From the NCBI GenBank assembly GCA_017610205.1, contig JAFCCL010000007.1, forward strand, positions 57,728 through 121,727: a stretch of 64,000 nt of DNA. Direction: 5' to 3'. A program made the position numbers and the translations under genes. This DNA comes from Candidatus Iainarchaeum sp. (GTDB taxonomy: Archaea > Iainarchaeota > Iainarchaeia > Iainarchaeales > GCA-2688035). The notes below the pieces were generated by a model that was given only the letters and a program-made list of their open reading frames with translations, did no database searches and had not been told where the DNA came from. Positions 29,378 through 40,643 of this stretch are shown here, in pieces (positions within the stretch are counted from its first letter, which is position 1; the number at the start of each line of letters is the position of its first letter).

Positions 29378-30133
29378 ATGACAATTAGCATAAAAAAAAT
29401 TGATGAAAAAGGAAATGTTTCACGCTATCTTGTGAAAGGCACAAGCCCTGCGTTAATTAATGCAATCAGGAGAAGCGTAATGCTACATACACCCTGTCTT
29501 GCAATTGAAGACGTTTCAATATATCAAAATGGCTCTGTGCTGTTTGACGAAATGCTTGCACACCGACTAGGTATGCTTCCAATAAAAACAGACAAGACAT
29601 ACAAACTAGGCGACAAAGTAAAGCTTGTTGTGGAAAAGGAAGGACCTTGCACTGTTTACGGCAAAGACATTAAGAGCACTGACCCAAAAATAGACATAAC
29701 TGACAAAAATATTCCAATTACAAAGCTTTCAAAGAATCAAAAACTTAAAGTTGAAATGCAGGCAGTTATGATGCCTGGCAAAGAACATGCAAAATGGCAG
29801 CCTGCAATTGTAAGCTATAATGAAATTCCGGCGCTTGCTGTTTCAAAGGAATGCAATGGATGCGCAGACTGCGAAAAAGCATGCCCTATAAATATTATTG
29901 AAATGAAGGGCAAAAAGCCTGTTTTAAAGGATCAATATAATTGCACATTGTGTGGAGCTTGTGTTGACTCATGTGGAAAAGAAGCTCTAAAACTAAGTTT
30001 TAACAAAGAGGAATACATTCTTGCAATAGAGCCTGTTGCAGGACTTTCACAAAAAGAAGTAATTGAAGGATCAATAAAGGCAATGGTAGAAAAAAGCAAG
30101 GGGTTTGCAAAAAGTTTGCAAAAGTTAAAATGA
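29378..30133 (+). CDS. rpoD: RNA polymerase subunit D (Rpo3) with a 4Fe-4S ferredoxin-like insert
   Basis: NAIRR, DEMLAHRLG, HAKWQP, CNGCADCEKACP and CTLCGAC. Confidence 0.96.
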   Translation: MTISIKKIDEKGNVSRYLVKGTSPALINAIRRSVMLHTPCLAIEDVSIYQNGSVLFDEMLAHRLGMLPIKTDKTYKLGDKVKLVVEKEGPCTVYGKDIKSTDPKIDITDKNIPITKLSKNQKLKVEMQAVMMPGKEHAKWQPAIVSYNEIPALAVSKECNGCADCEKACPINIIEMKGKKPVLKDQYNCTLCGACVDSCGKEALKLSFNKEEYILAIEPVAGLSQKEVIEGSIKAMVEKSKGFAKSLQKLK

Positions 30134-30155
30134 GGTGTTATGGGGAAGATATTAC

Positions 30156-30272
30156 GCAGGGGTTCCCGAGCGGTCAAAGGGGCGGGACTTAAGTTGTATT
30201 TCATTTATTTAAGAGGTGCATGAGAAATCCCGTGACTTAGTGTCTTCGGGGGTTCGAATCCTCCTCCCTGCA
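30156..30272 (+). tRNA. tRNA-Leu(UAA) with a 33-nt intron at 37/38 (30194-30226); CCA not encoded
   Basis: Acceptor stem GCAGGGG/TCCCTGC, anticodon stem CGGGA/TCCCG, long variable arm, GTTCGAAT T-loop. Canonical BHB: CUUA/UGAG helix, 3-nt bulges, 8-bp intron stem. Usual rpoD-tRNA-Leu-L18e position. Confidence 0.95.
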
Positions 30273-30295
30273 ATTAAGAAAAAGGGTGAAAAATT

Positions 30296-30655
30296 ATGAA
30301 AACAGGACCAACAAAGGAAAGAGCAAAAAAAACAATGGCATTGCTTGAAAAAACAAGCAGAAAAAGCAAGAGCGCACTCTGGCTTGACGTTGCCACAAGG
30401 CTTGCAAAGCCAAGAAGACAAAGGGCAAGTGTAAACCTTTGGAAACTTGACAACCTTGCAAGAATTTTTAAGGGAAAAACATTGGTTGTGCCAGGAAAGG
30501 TCCTTGGAAACGGAGTAATTTTGGAAAAAGCAAAGATTGTAGCATTTGAATTTAGTGAATCTGCTGAAGAAAAAATAAAAAAAGCAGGTGGAAAAGCAAT
30601 TCTAATAGAAAACGCTGTTTCCGAACCTGTAAAAACAATGGTAATTGTAAAATAG
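30296..30655 (+). CDS. rpl18e: 50S ribosomal protein L18e
   Basis: VNLWKL, VVPGKVLGNG, AGG. Confidence 0.96.
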   Translation: MKTGPTKERAKKTMALLEKTSRKSKSALWLDVATRLAKPRRQRASVNLWKLDNLARIFKGKTLVVPGKVLGNGVILEKAKIVAFEFSESAEEKIKKAGGKAILIENAVSEPVKTMVIVK

Positions 30656-30664
30656 GTGTTGTGA

Positions 30665-31081
30665 ATGATATTGATTAATGCAGAAAATGTTATTATGGGA
30701 AGACTTGCTTCATTTGCTGCCAAAAAGGCACTAGAAGGAGAAGAAGTTACAATAGTAAACGCCGAAAAGGTAGTTATAACAGGCACGAAAGAAATTGTAA
30801 TGAAAAAATTAAAAGTAAGACTTGGTCTTGTAGGAAAAGGAAATCCGGAAAAGGGACCAAAGTTTAGCAGAATGCCTGACAGAATACTAAGAAGGTCAGT
30901 TAGAGGAATGCTTCCGCACAAAAAAAGCAAGGGAAGAGAAGCATATACACAGGTTCATGCATATATAGGAATTCCAGCAGAATTCGAAGGAAAAAAATTT
31001 GAGAAAATACCAGGCAAGGAAGAATCAAGAAAAAATGTTGAATTAGGAACAATATGCAAATTGCTTGGAGCAAAGTGGTGA
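30665..31081 (+). CDS. rpl13: 50S ribosomal protein L13 (uL13)
   Basis: GRLAS, NAEKVVITG, RGMLP. Confidence 0.97.
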   Translation: MILINAENVIMGRLASFAAKKALEGEEVTIVNAEKVVITGTKEIVMKKLKVRLGLVGKGNPEKGPKFSRMPDRILRRSVRGMLPHKKSKGREAYTQVHAYIGIPAEFEGKKFEKIPGKEESRKNVELGTICKLLGAKW

Positions 31082-31086
31082 AAAAA

Positions 31087-31512
31087 ATGGCGACTGCAAA
31101 AAAAAGAAAAAGAAAAACAAGAATTAACAGCAAGGCCAAGAAAAAGGAAGCTGTTGCAAGGGCTGTTATAAGAAAAGGCAGCGGAAAAATAAAGGTAAAC
31201 AAGCGCAACCTAAGCCTTTTTGAGCCAAAGCAGATTAAGTCATTTATTGAAGAGCCGTTAAATATTTTGCCAGATGTTGCAAAAGAAGTAGACATTGATA
31301 TAAATGTCAAAGGCGGCGGAGTTATGGGACAGGCAAGTTCAATAAGAAGCGCAATTGCAAAAAGTCTTGTGGTATACAGTAAAGACGCCAAGGCAAAACA
31401 GGCACTGGTTGCTTATGACAGACTTTTGCTTGTTGATGACGTAAGACGTGTTGAAAGCAAAAAGCCATTGGGAACAAAGGCCAGAAAGAAAAAGCAAATG
31501 AGCAAAAGGTGA
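31087..31512 (+). CDS. rps9: 30S ribosomal protein S9 (uS9)
   Basis: VKGGGVMGQA, YDRLLLVDD, ESKK. Confidence 0.97.
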   Translation: MATAKKRKRKTRINSKAKKKEAVARAVIRKGSGKIKVNKRNLSLFEPKQIKSFIEEPLNILPDVAKEVDIDINVKGGGVMGQASSIRSAIAKSLVVYSKDAKAKQALVAYDRLLLVDDVRRVESKKPLGTKARKKKQMSKR

Positions 31513-31519
31513 TTAGGAT

Positions 31520-31714
31520 ATGATGGTTCCAATAAGATGTTTCAGCTGTGGAAAACAACTCGCAGGAGTATATGAAGAGTTCAAAAAAAAGGTCGAAAAA
31601 GGCGAAAAACCCGAAAAGGCAATGGACGACCTTGGAATAAAAAGATACTGCTGCAGGCGAATAATTTTTTCACACGTTGATTTAATAGACGAAATTTCAA
31701 AATACCCGAGATGA
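31520..31714 (+). CDS. rpoN: RNA polymerase subunit N (Rpo10)
   Basis: [14 protein letters not shown]. Confidence 0.97.
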   Translation: MMVPIRCFSCGKQLAGVYEEFKKKVEKGEKPEKAMDDLGIKRYCCRRIIFSHVDLIDEISKYPR

Positions 31715-31719
31715 TTCAA

Positions 31720-32424
31720 ATGGACGAGAAAAAAGATTCAAAACATTTAGTTGAGCTTGACGAATATCTTAAAACCGGCTCGCACATTGGCACAAAATTC
31801 AAGACAGGCGACATGAAACGCTACATTTTCAAGCAAAGAAGAGACGGTTTGAAAGTTCTTGATGTTGAAACAATTGACAGCAGAATTAAGATAGCTGCAA
31901 AATTTCTTTCAAAATTTGATTCAAACGGAATAATTGTTGTTGCAAGAAAAACATACGGGCAAGAGCCTGCAAAACAATTTGCCAAAGCAGTAGGCGGAAA
32001 GGCAATTCTTGGCAGGTTTGTTCCAGGAACATTTACAAATCCAAACGCAAAAAAATTCATGGAACCAAAAGTAGTTGTTGTAACAGACCCAGAGGCAGAC
32101 AGGCAGATATTAAAAGAAGTTGAAAAAACCAAGGTGCCTGTTATTGCAATGTGTTCAACAAACAACAATCTTACAACAATTGACCTTGTTATACCAATAA
32201 ACAATAAGGGAAGAAAAAGCATGGCACTCGCATATTTCCTTCTTGCAAGAGAAGTATTAAAAGAAAAAGGCGAAATTAAAAAGGACGAAGACTTCAAGAA
32301 AAAGATTGAAGACTTTGAATACAAAATGAAGGAAGGGCAAAGAGAACAGCCAAGACGCGAACAAAGCGGTTTTGGAAGAGGCAGGCGTCCAGATGACAGA
32401 AACAGGGGATTTAGACGAAGGTAA
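31720..32424 (+). CDS. rps2: 30S ribosomal protein S2 (uS2)
   Basis: HIGT, GRFVPGTFTN, IPINNKG. Confidence 0.97.
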   Translation: MDEKKDSKHLVELDEYLKTGSHIGTKFKTGDMKRYIFKQRRDGLKVLDVETIDSRIKIAAKFLSKFDSNGIIVVARKTYGQEPAKQFAKAVGGKAILGRFVPGTFTNPNAKKFMEPKVVVVTDPEADRQILKEVEKTKVPVIAMCSTNNNLTTIDLVIPINNKGRKSMALAYFLLAREVLKEKGEIKKDEDFKKKIEDFEYKMKEGQREQPRREQSGFGRGRRPDDRNRGFRRR

Positions 32425-32460
32425 GAAATTTAAATTAGTTCTTCCCAAAAAATTCTTTTT

Positions 32461-33252
32461 ATGGCAGAACGAGAACCAAGTGCAGCAGGTGCCTATTATC
32501 CTGCACAAAAAGAGCAAATTGAAAAACAACTTGAAAAGCTTTTTGGAGGAATTCCAAAACAGGAAAAAAGCAAATGCGTTGTTGCACCACACGCAGGATA
32601 TGACTACAGTGGCAAAACCGCAGCATATTCTTTCAAAGCATTGCAGGAAAGCAAAACATTTGTTATTTTGAGCCCAAACCACACAGGCCTTGGCTCACCA
32701 GTAAGCGTAAGCAATGCAACCCAATGGAAAACACCACTTGGAAGCGTACAAGTTGATGTTAAATTTAGGGAAAAACTTCTTGCAAAGCTTGAAATTGAAG
32801 CAGATGATTTAGCACACATAGGCGAGCACAGCATTGAACTGCAAATTCCATTCCTGCAAAAAATGTTTAAAGGATTTAAAATTTTGCCAATAACAATAAT
32901 GGAACAACGGTTTGAAGAGCTTGAAAAAATTGGAAACGCACTTGCAGAACTTGAAGGTAGTTTTTCAATAATTGCCTCAGGCGATTTTACACACCAGGAA
33001 CCGATTGAAATTGCAAGAAAAAAAGACCACGAGGCAATAAAAAAAATAGAATTGTTGGAAGCCAAAGGCTTTCATCAAAAAGTAATCTCAGAAAATCTGA
33101 GCATTTGCGGAGTTTCACCAATTACTGCATTGATTCAGTACTGCAAAAAAACAGGGTTTAAAAAAGGAAAGCTTTTGCATTATGATACAAGCGCAACAGA
33201 AACAGGAGACAAGGAAAGTGTTGTTGGATATGCTGCAATAGGCTTTTATTGA
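32461..33252 (+). CDS. MEMO1-family protein (AmmeMemoRadiSam protein B)
   Basis: PHAGYDYSG, PNHTG, EHSIE, DFTH, SICG, VVGYA. Confidence 0.93.
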   Translation: MAEREPSAAGAYYPAQKEQIEKQLEKLFGGIPKQEKSKCVVAPHAGYDYSGKTAAYSFKALQESKTFVILSPNHTGLGSPVSVSNATQWKTPLGSVQVDVKFREKLLAKLEIEADDLAHIGEHSIELQIPFLQKMFKGFKILPITIMEQRFEELEKIGNALAELEGSFSIIASGDFTHQEPIEIARKKDHEAIKKIELLEAKGFHQKVISENLSICGVSPITALIQYCKKTGFKKGKLLHYDTSATETGDKESVVGYAAIGFY

Positions 33253-33278
33253 TGTAATTCCTTAACTGTAGAGGGTAA

Positions 33279-33311
33279 ATTTAAATATAAAAAACAGCAT
33301 ATAATATATGC
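33279..33311 (+). promoter_or_regulatory. TATA box plus palindromic operator upstream of the TrmB-like gene
   Basis: TTTAAATATA, then GCATATA-A-TATATGC (33297-33311). Confidence 0.5.
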
Positions 33312-33335
33312 AATATATAGGAAAAGTGGAGTTAA

Positions 33336-34073
33336 ATGGATAACAAAGAATTAAACGCATTGCTTGAAAAAATCGGCTTGACCGAATATGAAAGCAAAAC
33401 ACTTGGAACCCTTTTCAAAATGGGTGAAGCAGAGGCTCCTGCCATAAGCAGGATTGCACAGGTTCCAAAAACAAGGGTTTACGACGTTCTTGACAAACTT
33501 GTTGAAAAAAACCTCGTAATAGAAATAAGAGGAAGACCAAAAAGATACAGGGGAATAGAAGCCAAAAAGGCATTTGACCTAATTTTGCAAAAAAGAAAAG
33601 ACGAACTACAGGACCTTGAAAAAAGGGTTGCCGGAGTAGAAAGTTTTATTGCAAACGCTGGTGGAAAAGAAGAACAAGGCGAAAGAGTAATGAAAGTAAA
33701 GGACAAATATGATTTTGAAAGAATTCTTGCACAGGAAATTGCAAAGGCAAAAACAAGCATTGTTGGATTTTCAGAACTTACAGACAAAGAGCCTGTAGTA
33801 AAAGAAGCAATTGAAGCCGCAGGCCAAAAAAAGGTCGGAATAAAACTCATTAACACATTTCAAAACCAGTGGCTGCAAAAGGCTGCTGACACAAAACAGT
33901 TAGAACACGGATTGAATGCATACATTGTTGACAACAAAAGGGTTGTTCTTGCATTAAGTGACTTCAAGCAAGACAAACCAGAATACTACTTTACAATATT
34001 CAACGAACACAAGCCAATGGTAAACGCATTGCAGCACTATTTTGATAAATGCTGGCAACAGGCAAAAAAATAA
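33336..34073 (+). CDS. TrmB-family transcriptional regulator
   Basis: GLTEYE, VPKTRVYDVL, GRPKRY wHTH plus a C-terminal PLD-like effector domain. Confidence 0.93.
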   Translation: MDNKELNALLEKIGLTEYESKTLGTLFKMGEAEAPAISRIAQVPKTRVYDVLDKLVEKNLVIEIRGRPKRYRGIEAKKAFDLILQKRKDELQDLEKRVAGVESFIANAGGKEEQGERVMKVKDKYDFERILAQEIAKAKTSIVGFSELTDKEPVVKEAIEAAGQKKVGIKLINTFQNQWLQKAADTKQLEHGLNAYIVDNKRVVLALSDFKQDKPEYYFTIFNEHKPMVNALQHYFDKCWQQAKK

Positions 34074-34075
34074 AG

Positions 34076-34633
34076 CTATAAATGATTAGTGCAGTTTAAG
34101 AGATGCACACAATGCTTTTTGTCTTCCCTAATTTCAAACACAGTAATTGAAGCATTTGGCGGGCAGGCAATCTTTTTCAAAGGCTGATTCAAAATAACTC
34201 TCTCCAACGCCTTGTTTATTCCAATATGCCCAACAAAAACAACAACGCCGTTTGGATGAGCTTTGTAGGACTTGTCAAGAACTTTCTTAACACGCTTCAT
34301 CATACTTGCCTTGCTTTCAATTTTCTTTGGCCTGTTCTTCCAGTCAACAGCAGGTGCCTTTTTACCGGCATACTTTCCAAGAAAAGTTTCCCTCAAATTC
34401 TTTGAAAGATGCAAAGGAGTTTTTGGATGAAATGCAAGAATTTCCTTTGCAGTATTTTTTGCCCTTGCCAAATCACTTGAATAAACTGCATCAATCTTTT
34501 TGTTCTTAAGCCTTAACGCAAGCTTTTTTGCCTGCATTACACCCTTCTTTGAAAGAGTTCCAAACTTTTGCCCCTGCAAAATCCCATTCCTGTTTTCCAC
34601 AGTTTCCCCATGCCTTGTAAGAATAAGCTTCAT
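34076..34633 (-). CDS. Histidine phosphatase (phosphoglycerate mutase-like)
   Basis: LTRHGET, SSDLARA, LRE, VGH. Confidence 0.92.
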   Translation of the reverse strand: MKLILTRHGETVENRNGILQGQKFGTLSKKGVMQAKKLALRLKNKKIDAVYSSDLARAKNTAKEILAFHPKTPLHLSKNLRETFLGKYAGKKAPAVDWKNRPKKIESKASMMKRVKKVLDKSYKAHPNGVVVFVGHIGINKALERVILNQPLKKIACPPNASITVFEIREDKKHCVHLLNCTNHL

Positions 34634-34692
34634 GTCAGTAAAATTGGGGTTTGAACAGGAATAAAAGATTAACTAACCATTATTGAATTGAT

Positions 34693-36315
34693 ATGGGTAT
34701 TGAAGGAGATGCATACAGGTACGCAGTAAAAAATGCTATTTTGCACAATGGCAAGGCAAGCTCTGGAGCAATTGTGGGAAAAATTAAGGCACTTTACCCA
34801 AAGCTTGACATAAAAAAAACAATGGAAATTGCACTTGAAGCCGTAAAAAAGGCAAACTCGCTTGACGAAAATGAACTTAAAAAAGAATTTGAAAAATTTG
34901 AAAAACAGGGATGGGAACTAAAGCCAAAAGAAAAAGAGGAAAAATTGCCATTGCTTGAATGGGCAAAAAAGGAAAAAGTAGTAACAAGATATGCTCCAAA
35001 TCCCAACGGCCCTTTTCATTTAGGAAATGCAAGAACAGCAGTGCTAAGCAAAGAGTATGCAAAAAGGCATGATGGCAAATTTATTTTGCGATTTGACGAC
35101 ACAGATCCAAAGGTAAAAAAGCCAATAGCAAACGCAGAACGAATTTTTAAAGAAGACCTGCACTGGCTTGACTGTGACCCTGACGAAACATTTTTTGCAT
35201 CAGACAGACTTGATATTTACTACAGCTACCTTAAAACTACACTGCAAAAAGGCTTTGCATACATTTGCCAGTGCAAATCAGAGGAATGGCGTGAAAAGAT
35301 TAAGAAAAAACAGGCATGCCCATGCAGGGAAATTAAGGCAAGGGAACAGGTTAAATTGTTTGACAAAATGCTGAAAGGAGAAGTAAAAGAGGGAACAGCA
35401 GTCATTCGCATCAAAACAAACCTTGAACACAAGGATCCAAGCACTAGGGATTGGTGGGCTGCAAAAATTGTTGACAAAGCAATTCATACAAATCCAAATG
35501 CAATAGGAAAACATGTTTGGCCAAGCTACAATTTTGCCTCAGCAATTGACGACCACTTGCTTAAAGTTACACTTGTTATAAGAGGACAGGAGCACGAGCA
35601 AAACAAAACCAAACAGGAATTCCTTTACAAATATCTTGGATGGAAATATCCGCACTGCTTTCACATTGGAAGAATTAGCCTGCCTGGATTAATGCTTAGC
35701 ACAAGCAAAATAAAAGAAGGAATAGAAAAGGGGCAGTACTCTGGATGGGATGACCCAAGGCTTGGCACAATAAGGGCTTTTAGAAGAAGGGGTTTTAAGC
35801 CAGAGGTTTTGAAAGAAGCATTGTTTGATTTGGGCGTTAACACAAACGATTCAGTTGTCCAGTGGGCAAAATTAATTGACTTAAATAAAAAGCTTATTGA
35901 ACCTGAAAGTGAAAGAATGGCTTTTTTTGAAGAGCCATTACAGCTTGACATTCATCTTGCCCCAGGCCAGATGGGAAAATTGCTTGTAAACAAAAAGGCT
36001 TTTGAAAAATTCAAAAAAGGAAATGTTGTAAGACTAAGGCAACTTTTTAATGTTAAAATTACAAAAAAAGACCCTTTGCAGGTTTTTGCAGATTTTGTCG
36101 GAACAGCAAAAGTAAACAAGCCAATTGTCGGATGGTTCAGGGAAGGAAAAGATGTTGAAATTGTAATGGACGACGACTCAAAAAAGCTTGGAATTGCCGA
36201 CAATAAAATTGCAGGAAAAGAAAAAGGCGACAGAGTATACTTTGACGGTCTTGGATTCTGCATAATTGACGCAATTGAAGAAGGAAAAATAATGCTAAGA
36301 TTTACGCACAAGTAA
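34693..36315 (+). CDS. gltX: Glutamyl-tRNA synthetase (archaeal type)
   Basis: RYAPNPNGPFHLGN, RFDDTDP, LSTS, GWDDPRL. Confidence 0.97.
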   Translation: MGIEGDAYRYAVKNAILHNGKASSGAIVGKIKALYPKLDIKKTMEIALEAVKKANSLDENELKKEFEKFEKQGWELKPKEKEEKLPLLEWAKKEKVVTRYAPNPNGPFHLGNARTAVLSKEYAKRHDGKFILRFDDTDPKVKKPIANAERIFKEDLHWLDCDPDETFFASDRLDIYYSYLKTTLQKGFAYICQCKSEEWREKIKKKQACPCREIKAREQVKLFDKMLKGEVKEGTAVIRIKTNLEHKDPSTRDWWAAKIVDKAIHTNPNAIGKHVWPSYNFASAIDDHLLKVTLVIRGQEHEQNKTKQEFLYKYLGWKYPHCFHIGRISLPGLMLSTSKIKEGIEKGQYSGWDDPRLGTIRAFRRRGFKPEVLKEALFDLGVNTNDSVVQWAKLIDLNKKLIEPESERMAFFEEPLQLDIHLAPGQMGKLLVNKKAFEKFKKGNVVRLRQLFNVKITKKDPLQVFADFVGTAKVNKPIVGWFREGKDVEIVMDDDSKKLGIADNKIAGKEKGDRVYFDGLGFCIIDAIEEGKIMLRFTHK

Positions 36316-36470
36316 AAAAAAGAGGTGTTTGATATCACAAAAATTGGAAAAAAGGAAAGCCCGAATACGAGAAAATGGAAGAGAATAAAACAGGAAAAAA
36401 TAGAGTAATTGCCTGGATTAACAAGCTTTTTAAACATTCTCAGGGACAATTATTTTAGGAAAAAATTCTT

Positions 36471-36530
36471 TTTTCTGCCGATGAAAAATGAAGCCGCTTT
36501 TTAAGGCGGCGGAGGAGGTGTAGCAGAAAA
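36471..36530 (+). promoter_or_regulatory. Structured 5'-UTR of L7Ae (candidate kink-turn autoregulatory leader)
   Basis: An outer stem TTTTCTGC/GCAGAAAA encloses CGATGA-AAAA-TGA, a GCCGC/GCGGC hairpin and the SD GGAGGTG. Confidence 0.5.
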
Positions 36531-36895
36531 TGGCTAACTTAGTGAAATTTGAGGTTCCTGAGAAACTTATGCAGGAACAGCTTTCCGTTGTTGAAAAAGC
36601 AAAAGGCAAGGGAAAAATAAAAATTGGAGTAAACGAAGTAACAAAAGCTATTGAAAGAGGCGTTGCAAAGCTTGTGCTGATTGCACAGGATGTTAGCCCT
36701 CCTGAAATAGTTATGCATTTGCCTTTGCTGTGCAAGGAAAAAAATGTACCTGTTAGTGTTGTCCAAACCAAAAAGGCATTGGGTGAAAAAACAGGCATTG
36801 CAGTTAGCACTGCAGCAATCGCAGTTATTGACGAAGGTGATGCAAAAAAGGAGCTGGCTGAAGTGGTAAAAAAAATCACTGAGCTTGCAAAGTAA
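36530..36895 (+). CDS. rpl7ae: 50S ribosomal protein L7Ae
   Basis: GVNEVTKAIERG, AQDVSPPEIVMHLP. Confidence 0.98.
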   Translation: MANLVKFEVPEKLMQEQLSVVEKAKGKGKIKIGVNEVTKAIERGVAKLVLIAQDVSPPEIVMHLPLLCKEKNVPVSVVQTKKALGEKTGIAVSTAAIAVIDEGDAKKELAEVVKKITELAK

Positions 36896-36907
36896 GGTGG
36901 TTTAATA

Positions 36908-37114
36908 ATGGATGCGGGAACACCGGCAGAAGTTGTTGAAATTGTAAAAAGGACAGGCGTTCACGGAGAGGTAACGCAGGTCCTGTGCAAAATTCTTGAA
37001 GGCATTGAAAAAGGCCGTGTAAAAAGAAGAAATTGCAAGGGCAATGTACAAAAAGGAGATGTCTTGATTCTCTTAAATACTGAAAGAGAAGCCAAGGAAA
37101 TAAAAACAAGGTAA
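36908..37114 (+). CDS. rps28e: 30S ribosomal protein S28e
   Basis: RTGVHGE, TEREA. Confidence 0.96.
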   Translation: MDAGTPAEVVEIVKRTGVHGEVTQVLCKILEGIEKGRVKRRNCKGNVQKGDVLILLNTEREAKEIKTR

Positions 37115-37132
37115 GGGAGAGTGTTGAAAAAA

Positions 37133-37417
37133 ATGGCGGAATGTTCTTTTTGCGGTAAAAAATTGAAGCTAGGAACAGGCTTTTTGTATGTAAAAAAAGA
37201 TGGCACAGCCTTGTTTTTCTGCAGCAGAAAATGTGAAAAAAATCTGCTAAAACTTAAAAGAAAGCCAATTGCTACAAAGTGGACAAAGGCATATATCAAA
37301 GCCAAGGAAGCAAGCAAAGCAGGCTCAAAGAAAGTTAAAAAAGAAAGGGTTGTAGAAAAAAAGGAAAAACCAAAGAAAACAAAGAAGAAGAAAGTTAGGA
37401 AAAAGAAAAAGAGGTGA
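37133..37417 (+). CDS. rpl24e: 50S ribosomal protein L24e
   Basis: CSFCG, GTG, FCSRKC, KWT. Confidence 0.96.
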   Translation: MAECSFCGKKLKLGTGFLYVKKDGTALFFCSRKCEKNLLKLKRKPIATKWTKAYIKAKEASKAGSKKVKKERVVEKKEKPKKTKKKKVRKKKKR

Positions 37418-37425
37418 AAGTAAGT

Positions 37426-37899
37426 ATGCGGCAGACTCTGGTAATCATAAAACCTGATGCAGTAAACAGATGCATTGCAGGCAAAGTAATTCAAAGATTT
37501 GAAGAAAAAGGCCTGCAGATAAAGGCAATGAAAATGGAGCTGCTGCAGCCATATGTCCTCAAAGAACACTATGCCCACCTCAAAGATAAAAAGTTCTTTG
37601 AGGGTCTTATAAGCTATATGGCAAGCATTCCAAGCATGCTAATGATTTTGGAAGGAAAGGATGCTGTAAAGGTTGTAAGGAAAATGGTTGGTTCAACCCA
37701 GGGAAGGGATGCAGAGCCGGGAACAATAAGAGGCGACTACAGTGTAAGCAACCAGTCAAACATAGTGCACGCTTCTGAAAACGAGGAAGCAGCAAAAGAA
37801 GAAATTAAAAGATTTTTCAAAAAAGAGGAAATCTATGAATACAAAAAAATGGACTTTGATTGGATTTACAGCAGAGACGAAACATATATGAAAAAGTAA
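37426..37899 (+). CDS. ndk: Nucleoside diphosphate kinase
   Basis: IIKPDAV, PGTIRGD, NIVHAS. Confidence 0.97.
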   Translation: MRQTLVIIKPDAVNRCIAGKVIQRFEEKGLQIKAMKMELLQPYVLKEHYAHLKDKKFFEGLISYMASIPSMLMILEGKDAVKVVRKMVGSTQGRDAEPGTIRGDYSVSNQSNIVHASENEEAAKEEIKRFFKKEEIYEYKKMDFDWIYSRDETYMKK

Positions 37900-37916
37900 T
37901 TTGGAAAAGTGTTTGA

Positions 37917-38351
37917 ATGGAAGTAAAGGTAAAAAAAATTCACGAAGATGCAAAAATTCCAGCATATGCCCACGAGGGAGACAGCGGAATGGACCTTTAC
38001 TCTGTAGAGGACGCGGTGCTGCAACCGGGCGAAATAAAGGTTGTGGGAACAGGACTGCAGTTTTCAATGCCAAAGGGCTTTGAAATACAGGTAAGGCCAA
38101 AAACAGGTCTTACATCCAAATTCGGGCTCACAGTACTGAACACGCCAGGAACAATTGATTCAGGCTACAGGGGAGAAGCAAAAGTAATACTAATCAACCT
38201 TGGAAAGGAAGCCTACAAGGTTGAAAAAGGAAAAAAAATTGCACAAATGGTAATAGCAAAAGTTGAAGAAGCCAAAGTGGAAGAAGTGAAAGAGTTGGAT
38301 GCTGACACAACAAGAAAAGACGGTGGCTTTGGCAGCACAGGACTTGATTAA
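37917..38351 (+). CDS. dut: dUTP diphosphatase (trimeric)
   Basis: GMDL, PGTIDSGYRGE, IAQ, GGFGSTG. Confidence 0.96.
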   Translation: MEVKVKKIHEDAKIPAYAHEGDSGMDLYSVEDAVLQPGEIKVVGTGLQFSMPKGFEIQVRPKTGLTSKFGLTVLNTPGTIDSGYRGEAKVILINLGKEAYKVEKGKKIAQMVIAKVEEAKVEEVKELDADTTRKDGGFGSTGLD

Positions 38352-38367
38352 GGCCAGAGGGATTAAG

Positions 38368-40146
<1,779 letters not shown>

Positions 40147-40148
40147 AA

Positions 40149-40637
40149 ATGAAGCTTGTTATATCAGATAAAAAAACAGGAAAGGCTTACAACAAAAAAA
40201 CAGAAGAAGATGTTTTTCTCAACAAAAGAGTTGGAGACGAAGTTGACTTAGGAGTTGTAGGTTTTGCCGGATTCAAAGCAAAGATTACTGGTGGAAGCGA
40301 CAAACAGGGCTTTCCAATGAAACTAAGCATTGAAGGGCAATCAAGGAGAAAAATCCTTGTAAAAAAAGGAATTGGAATCAACATGAAAGAAAAAGGCAAA
40401 ATTGTCAGAAAAAACATGAGGGGAAATACAGTCGGCAAAGATATTGTTCAGCTTAACCTTGCAATAACAAAACAGGGCAACAAGCCAATAAGCGATTTTA
40501 TAAAACCTGTTGAAGCAAAGAAAAAAGAAACAAAAGAAAGTGCAAAAGAAAGAATGATAAAACAAAGCCTTGAAAACGTAGGCAAGGTAGAACTTGCTGA
40601 AGAGGCTAAAAACATAAAAGGAAAAGTAAGAGGTTAA
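40149..40637 (+). CDS. rps6e: 30S ribosomal protein S6e
   Basis: ITGGSDKQGFPM, RGN, QLNL. Confidence 0.96.
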   Translation: MKLVISDKKTGKAYNKKTEEDVFLNKRVGDEVDLGVVGFAGFKAKITGGSDKQGFPMKLSIEGQSRRKILVKKGIGINMKEKGKIVRKNMRGNTVGKDIVQLNLAITKQGNKPISDFIKPVEAKKKETKESAKERMIKQSLENVGKVELAEEAKNIKGKVRG

Positions 40638-40643
40638 AAAAAA

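Noticed and set aside
29834-29975. Two 4Fe-4S motifs in RpoD as a novel fusion
   Set aside because: The ferredoxin-like domain is a known feature of many archaeal Rpo3 subunits.
36325-36408. 27-codon basic ORF (…PNTRKWKRIK…) after gltX as eL41/eL39
   Set aside because: Only an RKWKR resemblance; the GTG start lies inside the SD-like motif and the family patterns do not match.
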